Source: an uncultured virus (IMG/VR IMGVR_UViG_3300029297_000290) (Duplodnaviria; Heunggongvirae; Uroviricota; Caudoviricetes). From it: 64,000 nt of DNA. The stretch lies in IMG/VR virus record IMGVR_UViG_3300029297_000290; one strand, 5' to 3'. Shown piece after piece: positions 1-9,494 of this stretch. The translations under genes and the position numbers were made by a program. The notes below the pieces were generated by a model. The model had not been told where the DNA came from. It ran no database searches and was given only the letters and a program-made list of their open reading frames with translations. How positions within the stretch are numbered: the first letter of the stretch is position 1; the number at the start of each line of letters is the position of its first letter.

Positions 1-1287
1 TTATTTGTCGAATATCTTCATAGCGTTTTTGCGGATGCTGTCAGCTATGTCAATATATGGTCTCATTGCCGAGTATTCGGCGTGCCCCGTCCACTTCATT
101 ACGATTGAGGGATCTATCCCCATGGAGATTGCATTGCTGATAAATGTACGTCTGCCGCAATGGGTGGAGAGCAGTTCATGTTTCGGCACAATGCGATCAA
201 CACGGGTTGCTCCGTAATATTGGGAGATGGTGACAGGTTCGTCAAACCCAAGCATCTTCCCAATCTTTTTCATCCGGGCATTAATATTGCAGAGAGGGAT
301 ATGTGGGATGGCGTATATGCCTTCAGTTTCTTTGTATTTTTCAAGGATCCGTCGGGAATGGGAGTTAAGGTCAATTATAAGTGGTTTGGATGTTTTCTGC
401 GATGTTACGGAGAAAGAATCCTTGCCGATGTCCGTTTTCCGTAGATTTGCTGCATCGGAATACCTTAGCGAGGTGAAGCAACAGAAGCAGAAGAAGTCCC
501 GGGTACGGTCAAGAGGAGTGCCAACTTCAAAAGGATAGTTTTCGAGTTTGATCAGTTCGTCCCAAGTCAAGTAGATTACAGGTCTTTTTATTGATTTGGT
601 TTGGATAGATGCATTTTGTGTCACATCATATTTTATATATCCCTTGGAGGTTGCCCATTTTATAAACCACCGGAAAACGGTGCAGTTCTTCCGGATTACA
701 TTATTTGCATATCCCTTTTGTCCTGCCTTGAATTTATTTGGAGATAACCTGTTGGATTGTTGCCATACGGCGAAATTCTCTATCAGTCCTTCATTGATGT
801 CAGCAAATGATAGGTTTGGTTTGTATTTCTTTAGCAATGCGCAGATATTACGGGCGCTTTTGATGGTGTTTGCCGACCATTGATGTATCCTTTCCCCATC
901 ACACAAAAATTGTGTGTAATATTGCCAGATTGTCAGATTCCTCTCGTTGTTTGCAACAATAGCATTACGGATTTGGTCTTTTGTCGGTATCTCATCAGAT
1001 TGCTCATATCCATAAAACACCTGATCAATTCGCTCCTCGAGATTTTCGAGTATTCGGTTGATTGTAGACGCAGGTATCTTATCATTGCCATGGAATGTAT
1101 TGCGGACGCATCGAGACCCATCCCATTTGGGTTTGCCATTTGGGTCAGTCCTGTCAACATGATACCCGACCGAGATTGTTACAGACTGACCATGATTCCA
1201 GGAGATGCGCAGCCGGAGGAGAGTGCCACGGAATATATAGAGGAGTTTACGCTTTATCGGAGTCATTTCCTTTACGATTATATGCAA
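1..1287 (-). CDS. int: Tyrosine recombinase / phage integrase
   Basis: Catalytic motifs LRYSD, HCGRRTF, GH...PY; N-terminal arm-binding and SAM-like regions typical of Bacteroidetes integrases; true start may be MTPIKRK. Confidence 0.93.
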   Translation of the reverse strand: MHIIVKEMTPIKRKLLYIFRGTLLRLRISWNHGQSVTISVGYHVDRTDPNGKPKWDGSRCVRNTFHGNDKIPASTINRILENLEERIDQVFYGYEQSDEIPTKDQIRNAIVANNERNLTIWQYYTQFLCDGERIHQWSANTIKSARNICALLKKYKPNLSFADINEGLIENFAVWQQSNRLSPNKFKAGQKGYANNVIRKNCTVFRWFIKWATSKGYIKYDVTQNASIQTKSIKRPVIYLTWDELIKLENYPFEVGTPLDRTRDFFCFCCFTSLRYSDAANLRKTDIGKDSFSVTSQKTSKPLIIDLNSHSRRILEKYKETEGIYAIPHIPLCNINARMKKIGKMLGFDEPVTISQYYGATRVDRIVPKHELLSTHCGRRTFISNAISMGIDPSIVMKWTGHAEYSAMRPYIDIADSIRKNAMKIFDK

Positions 1288-1558
1288 ACTTAGACAATGG
1301 CTTGATCTCTCTTGTAAACATCCCTCCGAGTCCGGTCAACAGCCACGTAGCCGACACATCATAATCGCGCACGAGATATGTGAGCCATTCTTGTTTGATT
1401 CTTCTCATTTCCTTTTTACAGGTGAAGAAATTCCAGTAGTTCTCATCATATTCGCGCGTGAAGGTCTGATAACCGCGTATGCGTTTCTGAGCTTTGATCA
1501 TATCAAGAGCCTCAAAAAAGCGGCGGGTTATGTCGGTACATTCCTGGGGTTCGTTCAT
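1247..1558 (-). CDS. Small HTH repressor-like protein
   Basis: VSATWLLTGLGGMF motif typical of phage CI-type HTH C-termini. Confidence 0.7.
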   Translation of the reverse strand: MNEPQECTDITRRFFEALDMIKAQKRIRGYQTFTREYDENYWNFFTCKKEMRRIKQEWLTYLVRDYDVSATWLLTGLGGMFTREIKPLSKFAYNRKGNDSDKA

Positions 1559-1564
1559 TTCTTC

Positions 1565-2155
1565 TTAGAAAGAATTAGATGTAGAGAAGGAAGAATAATC
1601 AGTCTTAGGATCATCCGATGATGAGTCTGATTTATTCCCTCCTTCTTCAGTTGTTATGTAAAATATTTGTCCGCAACATGTCACGAGGTCATTTTTTATG
1701 GAGAACCAACCTCTTTCGTCAAGTTTATTAACAGCTAAGAAATAAGTCTTCTTAGCCATAAAATCCATTTGACTCTTTATAAAAGAGGGTGCATTCGAGA
1801 TGGCTCTGGATAGAATCTCTATATATTCAGAAGCTGTTACCATGGACTCACTATCTTTCTTGTTTTCTGGATTAAGTCGATACAGATCGCAGAAAAGTAG
1901 AAACGTTTTTTGAGCCATAAGGCTAAATTCGCGGATATTCTGGATTTTATGGTTGTTTTTAGACTTATCGGTATCTGTTCGATTCATCCATAATATTGAC
2001 GCAAAATGTTTATCTATCTCAGCATTGTTTGAGCGATAGTTTGATTGCAGGATAAGTGTAATGTTGTTGACAATCTGAAATATGATTATCAGTATATTTC
2101 TGGAACACATAGTATTACATATATTAATGGTAAAAGTAGGGTATAAATATAACAA
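1565..2155 (-). CDS. Hypothetical protein (low-GC accessory)
   Basis: 196 aa ORF co-oriented in the lysogeny region; start uncertain. Confidence 0.5.
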   Translation of the reverse strand: MLYLYPTFTINICNTMCSRNILIIIFQIVNNITLILQSNYRSNNAEIDKHFASILWMNRTDTDKSKNNHKIQNIREFSLMAQKTFLLFCDLYRLNPENKKDSESMVTASEYIEILSRAISNAPSFIKSQMDFMAKKTYFLAVNKLDERGWFSIKNDLVTCCGQIFYITTEEGGNKSDSSSDDPKTDYSSFSTSNSF

Positions 2156-2884
2156 TTATTTGTTATCCCCGGATGATGGAGAGTGCAAAATCTTCAGTAT
2201 TCCCGTAACAGCTTTTTGAACATCTTCCAATTGAGCTTGGAGTTTTTCCGATTCACTGCCAATATCATTTTTATATTCTTCAATGTCCTTGTTTATTATC
2301 TGTTTTGCGTTGGTTATTTCGCTATCTATGGATTCTTTAAATTTTCTAAGATCCGTATCTGCATTATTCTTTAATTCGGAGATTAGCTCCTGGGTGCGCT
2401 TTGAAAGTTTTGTTGACTCTTTTTCATAAAGAGAATCCATTTCTGAGATCTTACTTTGTGCTTTTGTCGATAGGTCTGTTATGTGAGCGACAGAATCTCT
2501 CCCTTGCTTGACAAGTTCATCTGTCCTATACATTGAATATATAGAGAACACGAGGAATATAATCATGAGTACGCTTGCCCACAACATAAGGTTTGAGAAA
2601 TCTTCTTCAATCTCACGGTGCTGCATCTCAAGCATTTTGCCTATATGGTCGTTGCCGGCTTGGAGCTTCGAGACCGTTTCATGGTCGATTTTGACGATAC
2701 TGTCACGAACGGCTATCTCTTTAATTGTCGCTGTAAGATTGGCATGTTCCTGACAGATAACATCGCAGTCGGCATGAAAACGGTTTGTGTTTGATATATA
2801 GACAAGAACACCCAATATTACCACGCATACGAGAGATAGGATATATAACAAGGAGATACGTCTAATATTTATTTGTATAGCCAT
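2156..2884 (-). CDS. Membrane protein with two TM segments and C-terminal coiled coil
   Basis: Hydrophobic stretches ISLLYILSLVCVVILGVLVYI and LMLWASVLMIIFLVFSIYSMY. Confidence 0.7.
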   Translation of the reverse strand: MAIQINIRRISLLYILSLVCVVILGVLVYISNTNRFHADCDVICQEHANLTATIKEIAVRDSIVKIDHETVSKLQAGNDHIGKMLEMQHREIEEDFSNLMLWASVLMIIFLVFSIYSMYRTDELVKQGRDSVAHITDLSTKAQSKISEMDSLYEKESTKLSKRTQELISELKNNADTDLRKFKESIDSEITNAKQIINKDIEEYKNDIGSESEKLQAQLEDVQKAVTGILKILHSPSSGDNK

Positions 2885-2889
2885 TAATG

Positions 2890-3321
2890 TTATTTCATTT
2901 TTGATTTTAACAAAGCAATCATATTTTCAATTGAAAAGGCGGAGCCTCTTCTGTTGGAACCATCCTTTATAGAGGATAGAATATGCTCCAGCTTCGGAAT
3001 CCTATTCTTGATCTTTTGAGGAGTATTGGCTTCCGACGATATGTGTTTCGCGATTCTTACCGCATTCTCATTATAGCTGTGATTAAAATCCGCTATGGCT
3101 TCATCATACGACATGTTGACGTTGGCAGGCATACCTTCCCGAACCATTTTATAACTCCACTCAATGAACTCCCGCATAGAATCCATTCTTCGCTCGAACA
3201 CGGTGAAATCATTGGTGGTGTCCGCGATTTTGTTGGAGTCGGCGAAGATGCGTTGCCGATTATTTAATTCTTCTCTGAATTTGACCATTCGAGAGATTTT
3301 GTCATAATTGGATGTAGTCAT
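2890..3321 (-). CDS. Hypothetical protein
   Basis: 143 aa ORF with A-rich leader in leftward accessory block. Confidence 0.65.
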   Translation of the reverse strand: MTTSNYDKISRMVKFREELNNRQRIFADSNKIADTTNDFTVFERRMDSMREFIEWSYKMVREGMPANVNMSYDEAIADFNHSYNENAVRIAKHISSEANTPQKIKNRIPKLEHILSSIKDGSNRRGSAFSIENMIALLKSKMK

Positions 3322-3363
3322 AGTTTTTTGTTGAGTTTAGATGTTGAAATAATAGGTTTATCC

Positions 3364-4365
3364 CTACATGTCTTGAATTGCTGTCAATTTATTACCAGTA
3401 AAATACAGGTATCGATTATAGCGTTTATAAATCCATTGTTCTTTTCTCACATTTGCAGTCCTTATAGAATTAATCTCGTATGGTTCCCCCAATGAAGCAA
3501 GAACCATTTTCTTAGTCATACCAACATATATATCACCTTCAAGCATTCTAAATGCTGTGTTTTTACCATATAATTTTATCCATCTATTGTATGTCTTATT
3601 TTCCACAAAACAGAAAATGGTATTTGGGATCTGATTTAATTTTCCTACAAATTTACCCAATTGAGGATTTTCCATTATAGCTTCTAAATGACCATTGATC
3701 AATCCGATTTCAATACATTTAAAAACCGTTCCTGATGGTGGGCACTCTTCCCTCCCATTACTTAGATTCACAATATAATTTCTTCCACTCCACACAAACT
3801 CTTTATTAAGGAAATTGTTTTTCAGCTTTTCCCAATATCCAATAGTAATAAAATGAGGCTTATCGTAGCTGCCAGCTGCAAGATACGACATGTATATTCT
3901 TGGATAAACCTCTTTGTCTACCAAATATAGGGTCTTCTTTTCTCCTACCGGATTACCGTTTTGATCAACCTCTTCTAATGTGAAACAGTAATCAAGATAT
4001 GACTTTTTTTCATCAATATAACAAATTTTGAAATAACGATTGGCAATAGCGTCATATCTTGTTTTAGTTTTATAGTTATCATTCGGGCAATACACTTCCT
4101 TTTCTTGGAGAAGTATAGATGATTGAAAAGTTGGAGTCGTGTAAAAAGTTTTTGAATAGCCACCCATATTTTCAATATGTCTATCTTCGGGAAAGTAGAT
4201 AGTTTGCCCTGTAAGCCTTTTAATTTGGTCTATCTGGGGTATATTCTCGAGACTGTCATACGGAAGGAGCTGTTCTGTTTTAGTTATAGTGTAGCTGTTT
4301 ATCTGAGCCTTTACTGCAAACGTTGGAAGCAATAAAAGAATTGATAGAAAAAAAATGCGAATCAT
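3364..4365 (-). CDS. Secreted protein with C-terminal SmpA/OmlA(BamE)-like domain
   Basis: Signal peptide MIRIFFLSILLLLPTFAVKA; C-terminal VGMTKKMVLASLGEP...EQWIY...YLYF motif. Confidence 0.7.
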   Translation of the reverse strand: MIRIFFLSILLLLPTFAVKAQINSYTITKTEQLLPYDSLENIPQIDQIKRLTGQTIYFPEDRHIENMGGYSKTFYTTPTFQSSILLQEKEVYCPNDNYKTKTRYDAIANRYFKICYIDEKKSYLDYCFTLEEVDQNGNPVGEKKTLYLVDKEVYPRIYMSYLAAGSYDKPHFITIGYWEKLKNNFLNKEFVWSGRNYIVNLSNGREECPPSGTVFKCIEIGLINGHLEAIMENPQLGKFVGKLNQIPNTIFCFVENKTYNRWIKLYGKNTAFRMLEGDIYVGMTKKMVLASLGEPYEINSIRTANVRKEQWIYKRYNRYLYFTGNKLTAIQDM

Positions 4366-4391
4366 AAGGGAAATAAATTAAGGTGTTAAGT

Positions 4392-5099
4392 TTATCGTAT
4401 TGGCGAGGATATAATTCTTTTTGCCTTGAAGAGACCACGGATGTCGGAGAGAGGGACGGTCATCTGACCGTATGACTCATTGTCGGAGGAAAGTGTGAGG
4501 AAGTTATCAGTCAACAGGCGATTGATAGCCACGCGCTTCACCACAACAAACTCGGCAAAGACAGCCACGACTACTCCCTCCGCGTAATGCCAAGAGCGCT
4601 CCGGGATCTCCTTAGTTAATATGAGAGATCCGGAGATAATGGTAGGAGACATTGAATCACCCTCTACCTCAAATACCCGCAACTCATCAATCTCATTGCG
4701 CTCGTTTCCGGAAGGGATCAGCGGCATCTTCTCATCCCAAACATCAGAGCCGCTTGCAAGCGATTCCACAAAAGTCGCAGATGCAGAGGTGGGGATATAG
4801 TCAACCATCAACACGCCGTCATCCTTTTGTCCGGCTGAAAATACTCCTCCGATTTCATGAGCGTTCTGAGATTTTTCGGAAGAAAGCAGCATTTCACCTT
4901 CTCCCGTAAGGAGCCAAGTTAAATTTATATTCTTGAATTTATCTTTAATTTTACTTGCGGTTTCTTTAGTGATTCCACACTTTTCAGCTTTTATGTCATA
5001 AAAAATTTGAGGACTTTTCATTCCAAGTTCAATAGACAAAGCCCTGGCACTCAAATCTAAGTATTTGAGTAGTTTTTCTATGCGTTGATAATCAGTCAT
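4392..5099 (-). CDS. CI-like repressor (HTH + S24 autopeptidase)
   Basis: WLLTGEGEM HTH tail; VEGDSMSP Ser motif and VVKRV Lys motif; start moved to MTDYQR because upstream in-frame DNA is the operator region. Confidence 0.88.
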   Translation of the reverse strand: MTDYQRIEKLLKYLDLSARALSIELGMKSPQIFYDIKAEKCGITKETASKIKDKFKNINLTWLLTGEGEMLLSSEKSQNAHEIGGVFSAGQKDDGVLMVDYIPTSASATFVESLASGSDVWDEKMPLIPSGNERNEIDELRVFEVEGDSMSPTIISGSLILTKEIPERSWHYAEGVVVAVFAEFVVVKRVAINRLLTDNFLTLSSDNESYGQMTVPLSDIRGLFKAKRIISSPIR

Positions 5100-5110
5100 G
5101 TGTAAAATAA

Positions 5111-5176
5111 ATTCAAGAATAATAAAGAAAAATTCAAGAATTGTTTGTATATTCAAGAATTATTCTTTACCTTTGC
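5111..5176. promoter_or_regulatory. Switch 1 operators and rightward promoter
   Basis: Three ATTCAAGAAT near-palindromes (5111, 5132, 5151) plus TTTG...TACCTTTG promoter; leftward -7 element reads CAAAGGTA near 5200. Confidence 0.7.
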
Positions 5177-5207
5177 ATCATAAAATAAAAATCATCACAC
5201 AAAGGTA

Positions 5208-5570
5208 ATGAAAAAAGACAGAAAAACAAAGAATTCCATTTGGAATAAGTTCAGAATGGCTTTGGGGTGTCATTTGGAGGATCGTATGATTGAGGCGGGA
5301 CGGAAGAACCGACAAAAAGCCCTGTCAGAGTTGACAAACGAAATCGCAAAGGCATATCCGGAACTTTCAGTGACGCAATATTTCTCTTTTGCCATGCGGT
5401 CAGTGGTGCATGCTGCGGAGAGCGTCGACATCGCAGCCGAGGAACTAATCCAGGCGAAACAATGCCTTAAAAGAAGATCAACCGTACTCACTGCCGTAGC
5501 AATTGGATTATCATTATTATCCATTGCACTGTCTGTCCCAAGGCAACCAAAGCGGCTACGATTATGCTGA
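5208..5570 (+). CDS. Hypothetical protein at the cro position of switch 1
   Basis: ATG follows promoter/leader; overlaps opposite-strand ORF at its 3' end. Confidence 0.45.
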   Translation: MKKDRKTKNSIWNKFRMALGCHLEDRMIEAGRKNRQKALSELTNEIAKAYPELSVTQYFSFAMRSVVHAAESVDIAAEELIQAKQCLKRRSTVLTAVAIGLSLLSIALSVPRQPKRLRLC

Positions 5571-5892
5571 ACCTTGACCATCGCAGACTCTTTTCGGCAA
5601 TGGCATATCCCTTCCTTCCGTATTCGATACTCTCTTTCTTTTCAAGATTGGAAAGAAGGCGGTCTTCCTCCATATTCAGACATGAGTCAATCTCAGTTTG
5701 TATAATCTCCATATATCTGAGCAGTTTCAAATCACTGTTGGAGCGTAGTGGACGCGGGTAAGTGGTGAAGATGACCCCATTGTCTTGAAGTTCCTTCTCT
5801 ATTTCATCGGAATAGATGTCGGCAATCCTTTGAAAATCCTTCGGAAGAATAAAGCGGTTCTTGGACTCACGAATGGTTTTCATCACCTCCAT
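5488..5892 (-). CDS. Hypothetical protein with C-terminal TM helix
   Basis: MEVMKTIRES... ending WSRFSIIVAALVALGQTVQWIIMIIQLL. Confidence 0.6.
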   Translation of the reverse strand: MEVMKTIRESKNRFILPKDFQRIADIYSDEIEKELQDNGVIFTTYPRPLRSNSDLKLLRYMEIIQTEIDSCLNMEEDRLLSNLEKKESIEYGRKGYAIAEKSLRWSRFSIIVAALVALGQTVQWIIMIIQLLRQ

Positions 5893-5932
5893 GAGTGTCT
5901 GAAGATAGTGGACGGAACGGACTGACGGATTC

Positions 5933-6277
5933 TTAGCGGGTTCCATTGGCGAGGCTGCGTATGGTTTCTGAAAGGGTGCGGATTGTCTCCTGTTGGGAGC
6001 GGATGATGGCAAGCAGGTCTGCGGTTGAAGATGAAGCGTATGAATCGACCGCCGAGGTAGAGGAATCGGAAGGGTTGAGCATATCACCCTCGCCTGTCTT
6101 CAGCCACTCAACGTTAAGGTCAGGAAAAGATTCAGATATTCTTCGATAAGTAGAAGCTCTTGTGTTGACTGAAAATTTCCCGGAAGCACCATTGCTCAAT
6201 CCGCATAGTTGTTCAAATTTCATGGATGAAATCTTCTTATATGAGAGATACGTTTTTAATCTGTCAATAATTGGCAT
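5933..6277 (-). CDS. HTH repressor-like protein with C-terminal coiled coil
   Basis: IDRLKTYL...FEQLCGLSNG...LNVEWLKTGEGDML. Confidence 0.8.
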   Translation of the reverse strand: MPIIDRLKTYLSYKKISSMKFEQLCGLSNGASGKFSVNTRASTYRRISESFPDLNVEWLKTGEGDMLNPSDSSTSAVDSYASSSTADLLAIIRSQQETIRTLSETIRSLANGTR

Positions 6278-6381
6278 TGTTAAAAAATATTAAAAGCAAA
6301 ATTTAATCTTGATAATATTAGATAATCTAAGAATATCTGATTGATTTTGCGTCATGAAATAAAAACCAACACACAAAAGTA

Positions 6382-6636
6382 ATGAAAAGTATTGTAAATA
6401 CAAATATCAAACAGGATGAAAAGAGGAAAATGACTCTAAAGAGCCTATATCTTTCTTTCCCTAAGCGAACCTCTCCCAGGGCAGAGTTTGCAGAGATGAT
6501 TGCAGAGAGATGTGGAGTTACGGTCACAACTGCACGCAACTGGCTCCTGTATTCCATGAGACCGAATAATCCTGAACACATAGCCATCCTTTCCGAGATA
6601 ACCGGAATCGCCCCGGAGGATATGTGGGCGGAATAA
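6382..6636 (+). CDS. Cro-like HTH protein
   Basis: IAERCGVTVTTARNW HTH; divergent from repressor. Confidence 0.75.
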   Translation: MKSIVNTNIKQDEKRKMTLKSLYLSFPKRTSPRAEFAEMIAERCGVTVTTARNWLLYSMRPNNPEHIAILSEITGIAPEDMWAE

Positions 6637-6669
6637 ACTGACAACAACACCTAAAAGCAAAATACAGAT

Positions 6670-6942
6670 ATGGAATTTGAAGAATACGATAAGATCAAGG
6701 CGGCATTTGATGCGATTGTCGCATTGACGGAAGGAGATAACAAGAATGAGATAGTCCGGATGGTCGGATCATTGGCAGAACACTGCGGTGAAGGAGAAAC
6801 GATGATCCCATTTGTCGCCATCCTCATGAACTCGTCGCTCAATGAAGAGATAAAGGTTGATATTCTCAACGGTATACGCTTGGCATGGGATGAGGAGACA
6901 TTCTATAACAACATCTTCCTTGCCGGAAGCATCAGGAAATAA
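6670..6942 (+). CDS. Hypothetical early protein
   Basis: 90 aa ORF with CCTAAAAGCA leader. Confidence 0.65.
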   Translation: MEFEEYDKIKAAFDAIVALTEGDNKNEIVRMVGSLAEHCGEGETMIPFVAILMNSSLNEEIKVDILNGIRLAWDEETFYNNIFLAGSIRK

Positions 6943-6977
6943 CGCTATCCAAAACGAACCTAAAAGCAAAAACTATT

Positions 6978-7520
6978 ATGGAGAAAGAATTTTACACGTG
7001 TGATGATCGGGTCTACATCCTTGCAGATGGCAAGAGTGTGGAATTTACCGAGAAGGACACGGAATTAACAGATGAGATTCTCACGAAAGTTGAGAACTTC
7101 TATCCGGAGGCTCACAAGGCACTGACCGAGTGCTATTCAAAGAGTAGTCTCAATCAACCCTACTACCGGTATCTCATGGCTCGCAGATTTGTCAAATGCA
7201 ATTTTGGCAGTCTTGATACAGCGGAGAATGACATTGACGAAGATGGAGTTTTCCACTTCGAGAAAGTGGCTTGTCCGATGAGAGGAGAATGTAAGTTTGA
7301 GGGTTTGATATGTATGCCTAAGTTCAGCAGCCGATTATCGGAAGCAGAGCTGAGAGTAATGAGACTTTACTTCGAAATAAAAGAGGTTGACCGAATAGCT
7401 GACCAGCTTTATCTTTCCGTTCACACAGTCAAAAATCACATAAAGGCGGCATACGCCAAACTTGGGATTCACACAAGAGCGGAGTTTATCACATACGCGA
7501 ATAAGAATAACCTTTTTTAA
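6978..7520 (+). CDS. Transcriptional regulator with Cys cluster and C-terminal LuxR/GerE HTH
   Basis: CPMRGECKFEGLIC then LSEAELRVMRL...IADQLYLSVHTVKNHIKAAYAKLGI. Confidence 0.85.
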   Translation: MEKEFYTCDDRVYILADGKSVEFTEKDTELTDEILTKVENFYPEAHKALTECYSKSSLNQPYYRYLMARRFVKCNFGSLDTAENDIDEDGVFHFEKVACPMRGECKFEGLICMPKFSSRLSEAELRVMRLYFEIKEVDRIADQLYLSVHTVKNHIKAAYAKLGIHTRAEFITYANKNNLF

Positions 7521-7531
7521 TTAAGAATATC

Positions 7532-7738
7532 ATGGAAAGAGAGATAATAAGAGGCAATAAGGCTCTTGCCGATAGGCTCGGAGTGAGCAAGGGTACCGTC
7601 CAGAAATGGCGTAACAGTGGATTGTTGGCACAGGCAACGGTATCGGATTATGGCAAATTTATCCTTTATGATCTTGATAGGGTTATGGCATGTCTTAACA
7701 TCAGACCCGTGAGAAGAGGAAGGAGGGCAGCGATATGA
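7532..7738 (+). CDS. Excisionase-like HTH protein (DUF3853-like)
   Basis: IRGNKALADRLGVSKGTVQKWRNSG. Confidence 0.7.
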   Translation: MEREIIRGNKALADRLGVSKGTVQKWRNSGLLAQATVSDYGKFILYDLDRVMACLNIRPVRRGRRAAI

Positions 7739-7926
7739 GTAACGCAACAAAGATCGTAGTTATATTCCTTATGATGCTTATATCGGGCATAGCCGGATTG
7801 ATATTATTCTTTGGAGACACAGAAAGCATTGTCAAGACAATAATCTCAAAGCCGATAGGGATAATCCTCCTAATTGGATCATGTGTGCTCCATGAGAATC
7901 TGAAAGAGAGAATAAAATATTTGTAA
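7735..7926 (+). CDS. Small membrane protein
   Basis: Two hydrophobic helices; ATGA overlap. Confidence 0.6.
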   Translation: MSNATKIVVIFLMMLISGIAGLILFFGDTESIVKTIISKPIGIILLIGSCVLHENLKERIKYL

Positions 7927-7954
7927 ACATAAATCTAAAAACAACAAAAAAACT

Positions 7955-8911
7955 ATGAGTTTATTTAAGAAACCTTCGGAATTGGAAGTGAAACCCGGTA
8001 TCGTGGCAATGGTCTACGGTTCACCCGGCTCAGGCAAGTCAACCCTCGCATGTTCTGCGCCTAATGCGGTCATGATTGACACAGATGGCGGCGTTATGCG
8101 TATCAACGGTGCTCATCAGATCCCGACCCTTCAGGTCAAAAGATGGGAGGAGATCACGGCGGCAATTGAGGAAGTCAAGCATACTTCGGGAATCGATACA
8201 GTGATCATCGACACGGTTGGCAAGATGATGGCGTTCATGGAGGAGTATATCAAGAGGACAGCTTCCGGCAAGAAGATAGAACTGAACAGGGATGGCAGCC
8301 TGTCGTTGAAGGGATTCGGCAAGCGTAAGAACATGTTCATTGACTTTATACGTGGATTGACCACTCTCGGAAAGAATGTGATCTTTGTCGGTCATGATAA
8401 GGAGGAGAGTCGTGGCGAGGACACGGTCATAAGACCGGAGGTAGGCGGCAGCTCCACGCAAGACCTCATGAGGGAACTTGACCTTGTTGGATATATGGAG
8501 ATGAACGGTAACATCCGCACAATATCCTTCACACCGACCGACCGCTTCTATGCTAAGAACACATGTGACATGCCAGGCGTGATTCCTATTCCGGTACTCA
8601 TCAATGAGAAGAAAGAGATTGTCGGCAACAACAATTTCTTCACTGAGGTGATTGACAACTATCACCACCGTATAGCTCAAAGCCTGGAAAACAACCGGAA
8701 GCTGGAGGAACTGAAAGAGTTGATCTATGCCAACGTGGAGGAGGTGACGGATGCCGAGAGTGCCAACAGGTATATGGAATGGGTGAAAGGGTTGGAGCAT
8801 GTCTACAACTCAAAGGTCATTGCAAGCCGGGCGCTGAAAGTCAAGGCAGACCAGCTCAACCTTAAGTTTGACAAAAAGAAAAGCGAATACACCGATGGAA
8901 GTGCAGCATGA
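7955..8911 (+). CDS. Sak4-like AAA_24 P-loop ATPase (recombination)
   Basis: Walker A GSPGSGKS, Walker B VIIDT, VIFVGH, AKN motifs. Confidence 0.85.
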   Translation: MSLFKKPSELEVKPGIVAMVYGSPGSGKSTLACSAPNAVMIDTDGGVMRINGAHQIPTLQVKRWEEITAAIEEVKHTSGIDTVIIDTVGKMMAFMEEYIKRTASGKKIELNRDGSLSLKGFGKRKNMFIDFIRGLTTLGKNVIFVGHDKEESRGEDTVIRPEVGGSSTQDLMRELDLVGYMEMNGNIRTISFTPTDRFYAKNTCDMPGVIPIPVLINEKKEIVGNNNFFTEVIDNYHHRIAQSLENNRKLEELKELIYANVEEVTDAESANRYMEWVKGLEHVYNSKVIASRALKVKADQLNLKFDKKKSEYTDGSAA

Positions 8912-9494
8912 AGAAATATGGCGAGACATAGAAGGCTATGAGGGCTTATACCAAGTAAGCTCTCATGGTCGAGTCAAAAGCATGGACAAACCAATGTTTT
9001 ATGGCGATAGTGATAATGTAAAGAACCATGAATGTAGTATCCGAGCATCCCGAATCCTTAAAGGAAGGATGAAAAAGAATGGGTATATCCAAATAGGATT
9101 AAGCAAGGATGGAATCCAAAGAACCTTTACAGTTCACAGATTGGTTGCACAGGCTTTTATACCAAATCCCACTCATCATCCTTACGTGAATCACAAGGAT
9201 GAAAACAAGATTAATAATCATGCCGATAATTTAGAATGGTGTACTCCTACTTATAATACAAGGTATGGAAGTGGAATATGTAGACAATCAATGGCTGCCC
9301 GAAATAAGCCTAACGCTGTCAAAGGTATTCGTAAGGTATATCAGTATACCTTATCCGGAGATTATATCACAGAATATCCGAGTGTAAACGAGGCGGCAAG
9401 ACAGACAGGAATAAAACAGGGAACCATATCTTCAAATTGTCTTGGAGTGTCAAAATCTACTAATGGATTTATTTTTCGCTATGATAAAATATAA
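8895..9494 (+). CDS. NUMOD4-HNH-NUMOD1 homing endonuclease
   Basis: EIWRDIEGYEGLYQVSSHGRVKS; VHRLVAQAFIPNP...VNHKDENKINNHADNLEWCT; C-terminal EYPSVNEAARQTG. Confidence 0.9.
   Translation: MEVQHEEIWRDIEGYEGLYQVSSHGRVKSMDKPMFYGDSDNVKNHECSIRASRILKGRMKKNGYIQIGLSKDGIQRTFTVHRLVAQAFIPNPTHHPYVNHKDENKINNHADNLEWCTPTYNTRYGSGICRQSMAARNKPNAVKGIRKVYQYTLSGDYITEYPSVNEAARQTGIKQGTISSNCLGVSKSTNGFIFRYDKI

Noticed and set aside
1..60. attL/attP site
   Set aside because: The window starts at the integrase stop codon, so no flanking sequence is available
5893..6087. N-terminal extension of ORF 5488-6087
   Set aside because: It overlaps the HTH gene in another frame; the start at 5892 is more plausible
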